DNA of 64,000 bases from Candidatus Eiseniibacteriota bacterium (GTDB lineage Bacteria; Eisenbacteria; RBG-16-71-46; CAIMUX01; VGJL01), in NCBI GenBank assembly GCA_041946735.1, contig JBHGAY010000004.1, positions 64,001-128,000 on the forward strand, in the 5' to 3' direction. Below the pieces are notes generated by a model. It made no database searches, was not told the origin of the DNA, and saw only the letters and a program-made list of their open reading frames with translations. The position numbers and the translations under genes are program-made. This document shows, piece by piece, positions 28,701 through 36,835 of the stretch (position 1 is the first letter of the stretch; each line of letters begins with the position of its first letter).

Positions 28701-30553
28701 GTCTCTTCGCCCTTGTACAGGCAGACCTGCGCCCCCGCCTCCGGCACTCCATGGTCGGAGACCTGGACTACGAACGAGTTCGCCCCGAGCGGGATCGACG
28801 CCTCGTGCTGGACGGCCATCTCGTACGGATAGCCGGTGAAGCACTCGAGCGCCGGATCGCCCATCAAGTTGTTCCAGTGCGACCAGATAATGACACGGTT
28901 CGGATCGACCGTCTGGTAGTTCAGCCAGAGCTCGAGCTTGCCGCGCGTCAGCGCCGCCCCCAGCTCGTAGTCCTCGTTGTAGAGCAGGCCATAGAGAATC
29001 CCGTAGTGGATGCAGTTGTTGAACCGGGTGTGCGTTCCGATGGTGGCGGTCCCGATCGCCCCGATTCCGCCCCTCGGCGTCGTGGGGGTTCCGGCGCGCA
29101 AAAACCCCTCGCTCCTCGACGTTCCATTCGCGAACGATCCGGTGTCGCATGTGATGGTGACGACGAAGGGCAGCTTCCACCCGTTCGTGAGCGCGTAGGT
29201 GTTGTTGTTCCCCCAACCGCTCATGTTGTAGTAGCCGCGATAGCTGAAGACCGTGTCGCCCCGGTTGAGGGCAGTCGCCATCTGCGGAACGAAATCGCCG
29301 CTGAAGACGGTGTCGATCTGCGTGTATCCCAGCTGGCGGAGCCGCACCTTCGCCCATTGCTGGATTTGCACGCAGCTCGGGCCGGAGGGGTACGGGTCGC
29401 CGACGAGGCAAGCCCGCTGGAACCAGTTGGGATCGGCCAGGGAGGGAGCGCTTTCGTACCCGACGATCTTGGCGACGATCGTTTCCAGCTCCGTATAGCT
29501 GGAGAAGGAGAGGCGCCCGACGTGCGCGTCCGCGAGGACGTCACTCCCTTCGAGCTGCGTGTACGGATGGTCCCCTTCGCCGTAATAGCCCGAGACGTTC
29601 TCGTAGAACGTCGGAACCGAATACGACCCGTTGGCGTCGCCCGCGAGGACGATGAACTCGGGAGGGTTCGGCCAAGTGTTGTACGCGTTCTGGATGTACG
29701 CCTTGATCTGTTCGGCTGTCGTCCCGGTCTGCTGCGTCGTGACCGACACGACCGGCATCCCCTTTCGCTTGCGCCACTCGATCAGAGGCTGCAGGCGCGT
29801 GAGGACCCCCGCATCGCTGGAACTGATCAATAGCCAGGTGCCGTTCTCGACCACCAGGTTCTCGCCGCCGCCGGGCGCCGGATAGTTCATGACGACATCG
29901 CGGTAGATCCGGTCGAAGCTTCGCGGGATCGCGCTGCCCGGCAGGCCGCTCTCGAGGCTCCCCGGCTTTCCGCCGACGAAACGCACCTCGACCGACATTC
30001 GCTCCGTCACTCGCAGCGCGCGGCGGGCCGCGTCGTAGGCGATCGGGCGGAACGTGACCGGGACGAGCCGCAGCCCGCGCATCCGGGCCTGCTCCCCCGC
30101 TGCCGCCAGGTCTTCGTCTCCGTACCCGGGCCTCTCGTAGGCCGCCCGGTCGATCGTGAACGATCCCCCTTCGTCGGGTTGAAGCGGCGCGAGCAGGACT
30201 CCCGGCATCTCCTCGACCGTCTCGGCGCGCGCCTCGACCTGGACTTCGGCGTCCTCCGGCACCATCACGAGCCGGGTGAAGACAGGGATCGCAGGCTGGC
30301 CCACCTCCCCGATCCGAGCCCCTCCCGGGATCGTGACGGCCTGGAACCGCTCGCTTCCCTCTACGACGTCCACGACCTCCAGGACTGGGACGTCGAACCG
30401 CAGACGCACGCCGGAGTCATCCGATGAAAGGACTTCGATCGCCGGAAGGCTTCCTGGATCGGAGCCCGCCTCGCTTCGAATCTCGGGGAGGGCGGAAGCC
30501 GATCCGGAAACGACCAGGACGCCGAGCAGGCCCAGAAGTGGGAGCAGACGCAT
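25715..30553 (-). CDS. Gingipain-like C25 family protein with propeptide, Ig-like domains and FlgD-Ig CTD
   Basis: Signal peptide, IPVFTRLVMVP propeptide, EWRKRKG, IVLAGD, GDHPY, HVGRLS, NLMGDP. C-terminal QNRPNPFNPRT...WDGRDDSG..LPSGIYLYRL. Confidence 0.88.
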   Translation of the reverse strand: MRLLPLLGLLGVLVVSGSASALPEIRSEAGSDPGSLPAIEVLSSDDSGVRLRFDVPVLEVVDVVEGSERFQAVTIPGGARIGEVGQPAIPVFTRLVMVPEDAEVQVEARAETVEEMPGVLLAPLQPDEGGSFTIDRAAYERPGYGDEDLAAAGEQARMRGLRLVPVTFRPIAYDAARRALRVTERMSVEVRFVGGKPGSLESGLPGSAIPRSFDRIYRDVVMNYPAPGGGENLVVENGTWLLISSSDAGVLTRLQPLIEWRKRKGMPVVSVTTQQTGTTAEQIKAYIQNAYNTWPNPPEFIVLAGDANGSYSVPTFYENVSGYYGEGDHPYTQLEGSDVLADAHVGRLSFSSYTELETIVAKIVGYESAPSLADPNWFQRACLVGDPYPSGPSCVQIQQWAKVRLRQLGYTQIDTVFSGDFVPQMATALNRGDTVFSYRGYYNMSGWGNNNTYALTNGWKLPFVVTITCDTGSFANGTSRSEGFLRAGTPTTPRGGIGAIGTATIGTHTRFNNCIHYGILYGLLYNEDYELGAALTRGKLELWLNYQTVDPNRVIIWSHWNNLMGDPALECFTGYPYEMAVQHEASIPLGANSFVVQVSDHGVPEAGAQVCLYKGEETFAVGLTDAEGRAELPIHAASAGNMLLTVTKHDQYPYLATVPVQGQQRYVAYVASQIDDDAVGESQGDGDGILNPGESIELRVQLRNYGILSASGVNATLTCADPYVSIDDDAETFGDIPGGGSAWSADDFGLTVSAACPNAHVVRLGLDISSGTDVWHSLIDVPVSAPDLVCDGGYTLFDAGANGKLDPGETVRVSVKLTNEGNVAAVSPVATLLSMSEFATIQDATGTYPTIPGGAQGENTSDTFTIQADAATYPGYQAHFKIVTECSGGLRDTTYVTIPVGTRASTDPIGPDRYGYYAFDNTDVSYPEAPVYNWIELDPAYGGSGGVEVPLNDYGDGQDKSITVDIPFPFQFYGKGFTRATICSNGWIAMGSTYLAEYRNWTIPAAGGPENLIALFWDDLYQGGGSKVLQRYDAAEHRWIVEWSRLRNAYNNQPEVVEAIFYDPAYVTTETGDGVIVFQYNTVSNPDPVDGYCTVGIENADHSDGLLYTFFGQYPAGAATLAANRAVRFVPTREVVTGTIYGTVTNETAGGAGLPGATVTVLENGHEYVSGGNGGYLAAETTGVYTLTAAHDGFAPDTVSAVVVLAGGAVQVDFSLRDIAPPSIHAAQVPTTNDSIGPYRVDVQISDPSPLASATLYYRTNGGDFVAVPLTHLAGVFYRGEIPGQSWPTKVEYYVEAADVGENVGTDPTGAPESLYVFYVAPTLQVLADDMEVENPGWSNVSPEDDATGGRWVRVDPNGTYHEGGLVQPEDDHSADPGVTAWVTGNALPGLPETSADVDNGRTTLTSPRIFLDVDGIVILRYWRWFSNDTGTGPSDDPWVVQASDDDGQTWVDLERTTQSDRSWRLFEFDLSRYIDYTDAVRIRFVASDTGEPSVVEAAIDDVEVLFTGIQLASAGEEQELRFALEQNRPNPFNPRTTIRFSLPSAGPASLVIFDVQGRARRHLVEGPLAAGSHSAVWDGRDDSGHPLPSGIYLYRLDSTERGATRKMMLLQ

Positions 30554-30783
30554 GCAGTCCTCCTGCGGTCTCGCCGAGAGCGGAACAGCAACACACGATG
30601 GGGCCGGACGCGGTCCGCGTGGAGCCGCATCAGGACGGTTGCCATCAAGGATAACCGATTCGGCGCATGCCCGGAAGCCGCCCGTGAGGCCGCTCGCGAG
30701 ATCGCTCGTGAGGTCGCCGCGCTTGCGGGGCCGGCCAAATCGCAGCGGGAGGAGAGGTTGCCTGCCGGAGGAGAGGGGCGATG

Positions 30784-30792
30784 TGGTAGAAT
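30784..30792 (+). promoter_or_regulatory. Putative extended -10 element (TGGTAGAAT)
   Basis: TGnTAnAAT match about 48 bp upstream of the ATG at 30840. Confidence 0.4.
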
Positions 30793-30839
30793 TGGCGTGC
30801 TCACTACGAGGTCGAGGCATTCATCTGGGGGATCCACGA

Positions 30840-32510
30840 ATGAAGAGATCGGTCGCTCTCGCGGCTCTGCTCCTTGCGTACGTGGGCGTCGCTCACGGCG
30901 TGATCCGGCAAGTGCCCTCGCAGTACCCGACGATCCAGGCGGCAGTCGATGCGTGCAATCCGGGGGACATCGTGCAGGTCGCCGCCGGAACCTACTCCGA
31001 CGTCACGCACCTTCCCGGCGGGCCGGACACGACCCTCTGCGCCGTCGTGATGAAGTCCGGAATCACCGTCCAGGGAGCCGGTCCCAATCTCACGATCGTC
31101 GATGCGGACTCGGCCGGACGCATCTTCCACTGCGACGGCGTCACCAACTCCACGATCCGCGACCTGAAGATCCGCCGGGCCTTCGCCCAGGCCCACGGCT
31201 GCGGGATCTTCTGCATCAACGGGTCGACCCCGACGATCGTCAACTGCGACATCGTGGAGAATGGCGATGGCGCGATCATCTGCCTGAACTCCTCTCCCAC
31301 GATCACGAACTGCAGGATCAACGACAACTCCTCCAAGCAGGGCGGCGGGCTGGCCTTCGAAGTGGGCTCGGCGCCGAGCGTGACCGATTGCCAGATCCTG
31401 CGGAATCAGGCGCCGGTCGCCGGCGGCGTATTCGTGCGAGGCGGCTCGGCCGCGATCTTCACGAACTGCGACATCAGCGACAACTTCGTAAACGCGCCGC
31501 TTGGACCCGGGGGAGGGCTCCAGGTGGTCAGCGCCCAGGCGACCCTGAACAACTGCCAGATCACCGGAAACCGGTCCGGAGGACCGGGGGGAGGACTCGC
31601 GATCTACGACGACGCCTCCGTCACCCTGAACACCTGCAACGTCTCGAGAAACAGGACCGTGGCGGCCGCTCCGTACACGCACGGCGGCGGATTCTTCATC
31701 GACAACTCGAACGTCACGCTGGAGGACTGCCTCATCACGCGCAACAAGGTCACGAGCGCCCAGTCCGAGGGCGCCGGCATCTACGTGACCGACTACATCG
31801 ATCCGACCCACTGGATCCTGAACGTCCACCAGTGCACGATCGCGCAGAATGAGAACCTCGCGAACCATCATGGGGGAGGCGGGATCACGACGGAGATGGC
31901 GTCACCCATCATTCAGCACTCGATCATCGCCGGGAACTTCGTCGCGATGCACTGCATCGATCCGGCCGACGACCCGGTGGTCTCGTGCAGCGACATCTTC
32001 GGCAACTACGTCTCGAACACGATCTGCGGGACGGACGGGGGAGACAACTTCTCCCTCGATCCGAAGTTCTGCAACATGTACCTGGACAACTACGAGCTGA
32101 TCCCCAACTCCCCGTGCGCCCCCGGGCACCATCCGAACGGCCCCTCGGCGTGCGGAGGACAGAGGATCGGCGCGAAGGACGTCGGAAGCTGCAACCTCGC
32201 AGATGCCGGAGAGGAGACGTGGACCTCTGGGGCGGCGGCCCGGCTGATAGGCAACATCCCGAATCCCTCGCGCCCGGCCACATCGATCCTCTTCGATCTG
32301 CCTCGCGCGGCGAGCGTGCGCCTCGACGTCTTCGACGTGTCCGGGCGCCTCGTCCGCAGGCTCGCGGAGGGTCCTTTCGAGGCCGGTTCGCACGCGGTCG
32401 CATGGGACGCGCGCGACGGATCGGGCAACCCCGCGCCAAGCGGCGTGTACTTCTACCGGCTCTTCGTCGAGGGGGCGCAGCAGACGCGGACTCTGGTCCT
32501 GGCTCGTTGA
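30840..32510 (+). CDS. Secreted right-handed beta-helix (pectin-lyase-like) protein with FlgD-Ig CTD
   Basis: VPSQYPTIQAAVD..GDIVQVAAGTY, repeated 'I.NC.I..N....GGG' coils, DPKFC, C-terminal CTD. Confidence 0.85.
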   Translation: MKRSVALAALLLAYVGVAHGVIRQVPSQYPTIQAAVDACNPGDIVQVAAGTYSDVTHLPGGPDTTLCAVVMKSGITVQGAGPNLTIVDADSAGRIFHCDGVTNSTIRDLKIRRAFAQAHGCGIFCINGSTPTIVNCDIVENGDGAIICLNSSPTITNCRINDNSSKQGGGLAFEVGSAPSVTDCQILRNQAPVAGGVFVRGGSAAIFTNCDISDNFVNAPLGPGGGLQVVSAQATLNNCQITGNRSGGPGGGLAIYDDASVTLNTCNVSRNRTVAAAPYTHGGGFFIDNSNVTLEDCLITRNKVTSAQSEGAGIYVTDYIDPTHWILNVHQCTIAQNENLANHHGGGGITTEMASPIIQHSIIAGNFVAMHCIDPADDPVVSCSDIFGNYVSNTICGTDGGDNFSLDPKFCNMYLDNYELIPNSPCAPGHHPNGPSACGGQRIGAKDVGSCNLADAGEETWTSGAAARLIGNIPNPSRPATSILFDLPRAASVRLDVFDVSGRLVRRLAEGPFEAGSHAVAWDARDGSGNPAPSGVYFYRLFVEGAQQTRTLVLAR

Positions 32511-32597
32511 GGGCCGCCGGGCGCCTGGCGCCGGGACACCCGCGCTCGAGCGCCGCGCACGAAGGTCCCTCGGTCCGCAGAAGGCCCGAATAGAAAG

Positions 32598-32631
32598 TCC
32601 CCCGGCCCCGACGGCCGGGGGATCTTCTCTT
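32598..32631 (+). terminator. Rho-independent terminator
   Basis: TCCCCCGGCC-CCGAC-GGCCGGGGGA followed by TCTTCTCTT. Confidence 0.7.
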
Positions 32632-32812
32632 GGTCCGCCAGGGCCGGACCCGTCCGATCCTCATGGCCGCCTGCGCTTTCCCGGTAGGCGTTTCCGCGCA
32701 GCGCATGCTACCATCCCCCACGCGACCGAGGCTCGACGACCGTGGCGGAATGTCGTGGTGGTGAGGTTCTCATCATGGCGGTGAGGTTCTCAGGAGGACG
32801 AGGGGGGGAGAG

Positions 32813-35800
32813 ATGCGTGTCGTCCTGATCTTGTCGTGGCTCTTCTGGCTCCTGGCGGGCAGCGGCGTTACTCGAGCGGCAGAAGTGGAGACAGCGGAAC
32901 AGGCCGCGCTCGACGCGCGGACCGCGCGAGCGCCCGTCGCCGTTCGTTCCGTTTCCTCGCCCGGATCGACGTTGCTGACGATCCGCGACTCGTCCGATCT
33001 TCCGTTCTCGACGCCTGCCGGCGTGTTCGTCGTGCTGCCCCCCGGCGCGGCCCAGCCTCGCGTCCGGCTGGCCGGCGCGGAAGAAGAAGGGTCGCTCCCT
33101 TCTCTGTCCGTCGGGGAACCGATGATCCTGCGCGGCCTGCGGGTGCTCCCGATCACCGTCCGAGCGGCGGAGTCGAAGAACGGGGACCAGCCCGCCTCCG
33201 CGGCGCGCGAGATCGCCGTCGACGTCCGCTATCAGGAGAGCGGCCTGGAGCCCGCGGCCGCATCGCGCCCCCTTTCGCATGCTCGGGGATTCCTCGACGC
33301 GCTCGGCCCACTCGTCCCCGCCGAGCAGCAAGCCCTTCTCCGGTCCGATCGTGAAGGAAGCTACCTGATCATCACCGCTCCGCAGTACGTCGACGCGCTT
33401 GCGCCTCTCGTCGCCTGGAAGACCGAGAAGGGGTTGCGCGTCACGGTGGCGACAACCGACGAGACAGGAACTCGAAACGACCTGATTCGCGACTACATCG
33501 CCCAGCGCTATCACGACGATCCGATCCCTCCCGAGTACGTGCTCCTCGTCGGCGACGTGGACAAGGTCCCGTCCTGGGACTTCCACCAGAGCGTGTCGGA
33601 CCATCCCTACGCGATGGTCGACGGGGACGACTTCCTGCCCGACCTCTTCGTCGGCCGTCTCTCGGTCGCCGACGCGGCGCAGGCGCAAGTCGTCGTCGAT
33701 AAGATCATCGGCTACGAGCGCGATCCATTCGTCGACGCGGGCAGCGACTGGTTCCGCCACGGCCTCATGGTGGCGGGGAACTCGCCCGCCACGACACCGA
33801 CCAAGGTCTGTAACTGGGTCGCCCAGGAGCTTGGCCAGATCGGCTACAGCCAGGTGGATTCGGTCTATAATCCGCCGTACTACAACGGGGCCGCCCTGAT
33901 TCGGCAGAAGATCGATCGGGGCGTCACGATCGTGACCTATCGCGGCTGGGCGCAGTCGATCTTCGGATGGGAGACTCCTCGCTTCCTCAACGCCGACGTC
34001 TATTCGCTCTCCAACGACCGGATGCTGCCGGTCGTCTTCAGCTTCGTATGCAACAACAACTCCTTCAACGATCCGCAGAGCGAGTGCTTCGGGGAGGCCT
34101 GGCTCCGTGCGGGAGATCGGATCACCGGACTGAAGGGCGCGGTCGCCTTCATCGGCAACAGCGAGCCGTGGTCGCACACCATGCTCAACGACGCGATCTG
34201 CATCGCGACGACGGACGCGATCTGCCGTGACGGCGTGCGGAAGCTCGGCGCCATCCTGAACGCGTCGAAGGTGGGACTCCTCGCCGCGCTGCCCAATCAG
34301 GTCTACTACGCGGACTACGAGGACTGGTCCGTCGAGCAGAACTTCTACATCTACAACCTGCTCGGCGATCCGGAGATGGAGATGCTCGTCTCGCCGCCGG
34401 ACACCGTCCATGTTTCCCACGTCGATCCGATCCCGCTCGGGAGCAACTTCCTGGACGTAACGGTCACCGACGAGGGGGGAGCGCCGGTCGCCGGAGCGCG
34501 GGTGGCGGTCAGCTCCGAGTCGGCGATGCTCGGCTGCGCCTGGACGGACGAAGCGGGCGTCGCTCACGTGCCCGCGACGTTCGCCGCGACCGGAGCGGTT
34601 CGCGTCACTGTCACCGGCTCGGGAGTCTTCCCCTATCGCGGCACGGCGCAGGTGGCGGTTGCGCAGAGCTTCCTCGCCGTCGAGGGATGGACGATCGACG
34701 ACGACGCCAGCGGCCAGAGCGCCGGCAACGGCGACGGCGCTCTGAATCCCGGGGAGACGGTCGAACTGTCGTTGACGATCCGGAACCAGGGATCGGCGAA
34801 TGCCGACGCCGTCACGGCCTCGCTCAACGCGCTTCACGGGGCCGAGGTGGTCACCGGGTCAGCCGACTACGGCGACCTCCCGGCGGGCGCGCAGGGGGAA
34901 CCCGCCACACCGTTCGTCATCCGGATTCCGAAGGACGCTGAGAACGCTTCCGCCGTGCAGCTTCAGCTCGAGGTGACGGCGGGCGGCCAGCGCTCGTCGA
35001 CCGATGCGACGCTGAACGTCGTCGCTCCTTCCCTTATCCACGAGAGCGCCGCGTATGCCGGCGACGGAGTGCTCCTGCCTGGCGAGACGTCGGACCTCGC
35101 CGTCACGGTCCGCAACGACGGAGCGGTCGGGACGGACGGATTCGAGGCGGTGTTGCGGACGCTCGATCCCGCGCTCGTCGCGATCGTCGACTCGACGGTT
35201 TCGTACGGCGCGGCCGCGCCCGGCGCCTCGATCACGGGATCCGAAGCGTTCGTCGTCGAGGCGAGCGATGAAGCGGCGCAAGGCCAGGCGGCTCGTTTCA
35301 CGCTGCGCGTGACGACCGCGGAGGGATTCGAGAGCGAAACGAGCTTCTCGGCCATGGTCGGGACGGCGAACGTGTTCGCGCCGCTTGGACCGGACACGTA
35401 CGGCTACTACGCCTACGACAGCGCCGACACCGACTATCCCGACACCGCCCCGGTGTACGACTGGATCTCCTGCTCGACCGCCTATGGCGGTACCGGCACG
35501 AAGATCATGACCGGCGGGAACGCTACGATGGGCGACAACACCTTGAAGCTCATCGATCTTCCGTTCCCCTTCACGTTCTATCGCGAGGCGCACAATCAGA
35601 TCCTGGTGAGCGACAACGGCTGGGTCTCGTTCGAGACGACTCCCTACTACGACTACTACAACTGGCACATGCCGACGACGTATGGCAACGGGTCGACGAT
35701 CGCGGTCTTCTGGGATAACCTCGATCCGGTCCACACCGTCAACGATCGCATGATCTGCGACGGCGTCTATACATTCTACGATCCCGACCGGCACGCCTTC

Positions 35801-36679
35801 GTGATCGAATGGAGCCGCCTGGCGAACTACGAGCCGGATTACGACGATCTGCAAACGTTCGAGCTCATCCTGTTCGATCCCGCATTCCACCCGACTCCGA
35901 CCGGGGATGGGATGTTCCAGATGCAGTACAAGCAAGTGAAGAACAATGACAACGGACGCGCGTTCTCGACCGTCGGGATCGAGGACCCGACGGAGCAGAT
36001 CGGGCTCGAGTACACGTTCGGAAACCTCTATCCGGCCACGGCCGCGCCGCTCTCGTCCGGGCTCGCGATCCGTTTCACGACGCAGCCGCCTCGTTACAGC
36101 CCGTTCCGCTTCGCTTCGTTCCGGGCGGAGCCGGCGGGGGGGAGCGGCGTCGCGCTCTCATGGGAGCCGATCGACGAACGTCCCCGGGCCGGAACGCGCA
36201 TCTACCGCGCGAGGCCGGGAGGCGATTTCGCTCTCGTGAGCGGCCCCGTCCGGCTCGATCCGGCGACTCGATCGTTCGTCGACGAGGCGGCGGATCCCGA
36301 CTCGACGTACTCCTACAAGGTCGGATCTCTCGACACCTATGGGCGCGAGACGATCGTGGGACCGTTCGAGTACGCGCCGGGCGCGAGCGGCTCCTCGCAT
36401 CTCGCTCTCTCGCTCGTCGCGAAGACGGCCGTGCCGTTCCGCGGCTCGTGCGATTTGACGTATCAGCTGCCGCGCGCCGCGACGGTTCAGCTGCGCGTTC
36501 ACGATCTCTCCGGTCGCGTCGTCCGGACGCTCGTTTCCGAGCGGCACAACGCTGGGAAGTGGGACGTGACATGGGACGGCCGTGACGATGCTGGCCGCGA
36601 CCTTCCGAGCGGAATCTATTACTGCAAGCTGGCCGCGGGCTCCGAGCTGAGGACGATGAAACTGACGCTTCTGCGTTAG
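32813..36679 (+). CDS. Second gingipain-like C25 family protein with FlgD-Ig CTD
   Basis: Signal peptide, AWKTEKG, YVLLVGD, SDHPY, FVGRLS, YNLLGDP, GPDTYGYYAYD (paralogous to 25715-30553). C-terminal WDGRDDAG..LPSGIYY. Confidence 0.88.
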   Translation: MRVVLILSWLFWLLAGSGVTRAAEVETAEQAALDARTARAPVAVRSVSSPGSTLLTIRDSSDLPFSTPAGVFVVLPPGAAQPRVRLAGAEEEGSLPSLSVGEPMILRGLRVLPITVRAAESKNGDQPASAAREIAVDVRYQESGLEPAAASRPLSHARGFLDALGPLVPAEQQALLRSDREGSYLIITAPQYVDALAPLVAWKTEKGLRVTVATTDETGTRNDLIRDYIAQRYHDDPIPPEYVLLVGDVDKVPSWDFHQSVSDHPYAMVDGDDFLPDLFVGRLSVADAAQAQVVVDKIIGYERDPFVDAGSDWFRHGLMVAGNSPATTPTKVCNWVAQELGQIGYSQVDSVYNPPYYNGAALIRQKIDRGVTIVTYRGWAQSIFGWETPRFLNADVYSLSNDRMLPVVFSFVCNNNSFNDPQSECFGEAWLRAGDRITGLKGAVAFIGNSEPWSHTMLNDAICIATTDAICRDGVRKLGAILNASKVGLLAALPNQVYYADYEDWSVEQNFYIYNLLGDPEMEMLVSPPDTVHVSHVDPIPLGSNFLDVTVTDEGGAPVAGARVAVSSESAMLGCAWTDEAGVAHVPATFAATGAVRVTVTGSGVFPYRGTAQVAVAQSFLAVEGWTIDDDASGQSAGNGDGALNPGETVELSLTIRNQGSANADAVTASLNALHGAEVVTGSADYGDLPAGAQGEPATPFVIRIPKDAENASAVQLQLEVTAGGQRSSTDATLNVVAPSLIHESAAYAGDGVLLPGETSDLAVTVRNDGAVGTDGFEAVLRTLDPALVAIVDSTVSYGAAAPGASITGSEAFVVEASDEAAQGQAARFTLRVTTAEGFESETSFSAMVGTANVFAPLGPDTYGYYAYDSADTDYPDTAPVYDWISCSTAYGGTGTKIMTGGNATMGDNTLKLIDLPFPFTFYREAHNQILVSDNGWVSFETTPYYDYYNWHMPTTYGNGSTIAVFWDNLDPVHTVNDRMICDGVYTFYDPDRHAFVIEWSRLANYEPDYDDLQTFELILFDPAFHPTPTGDGMFQMQYKQVKNNDNGRAFSTVGIEDPTEQIGLEYTFGNLYPATAAPLSSGLAIRFTTQPPRYSPFRFASFRAEPAGGSGVALSWEPIDERPRAGTRIYRARPGGDFALVSGPVRLDPATRSFVDEAADPDSTYSYKVGSLDTYGRETIVGPFEYAPGASGSSHLALSLVAKTAVPFRGSCDLTYQLPRAATVQLRVHDLSGRVVRTLVSERHNAGKWDVTWDGRDDAGRDLPSGIYYCKLAAGSELRTMKLTLLR

Positions 36680-36727
36680 CATTTCAGCGCCGCGCCGCGA
36701 CAGTAGCTCGAGCGGCGCTCGTCAGCC

Positions 36728-36762
36728 GGCCGGTCCCCGTCCGTGGGACCGGCCCTTCTTTT
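36728..36762 (+). terminator. Rho-independent terminator
   Basis: GGCCGGTCCC-7nt-GGGACCGGCC followed by CTTCTTTT. Confidence 0.75.
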
Positions 36763-36835
36763 CGTCCTCCCGGGTCCCGACGGCCATGTCCGAAAACGGC
36801 ACGCCGCCCGCGCCCGCCCCTGCTATACCTGAGCC

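Noticed and set aside
30276..30839. N-terminal extensions in the ORF track making the divergent C25 and beta-helix genes overlap
   Set aside because: Signal peptides and -10-like elements support later starts (30553 minus, 30840 plus) with a normal divergent promoter gap.
36785..36835. Ada-box operator upstream of ada-alkA (ATGTCCGAAAACGGC)
   Set aside because: The position is plausible, but I cannot match it to a defined consensus from the sequence alone.
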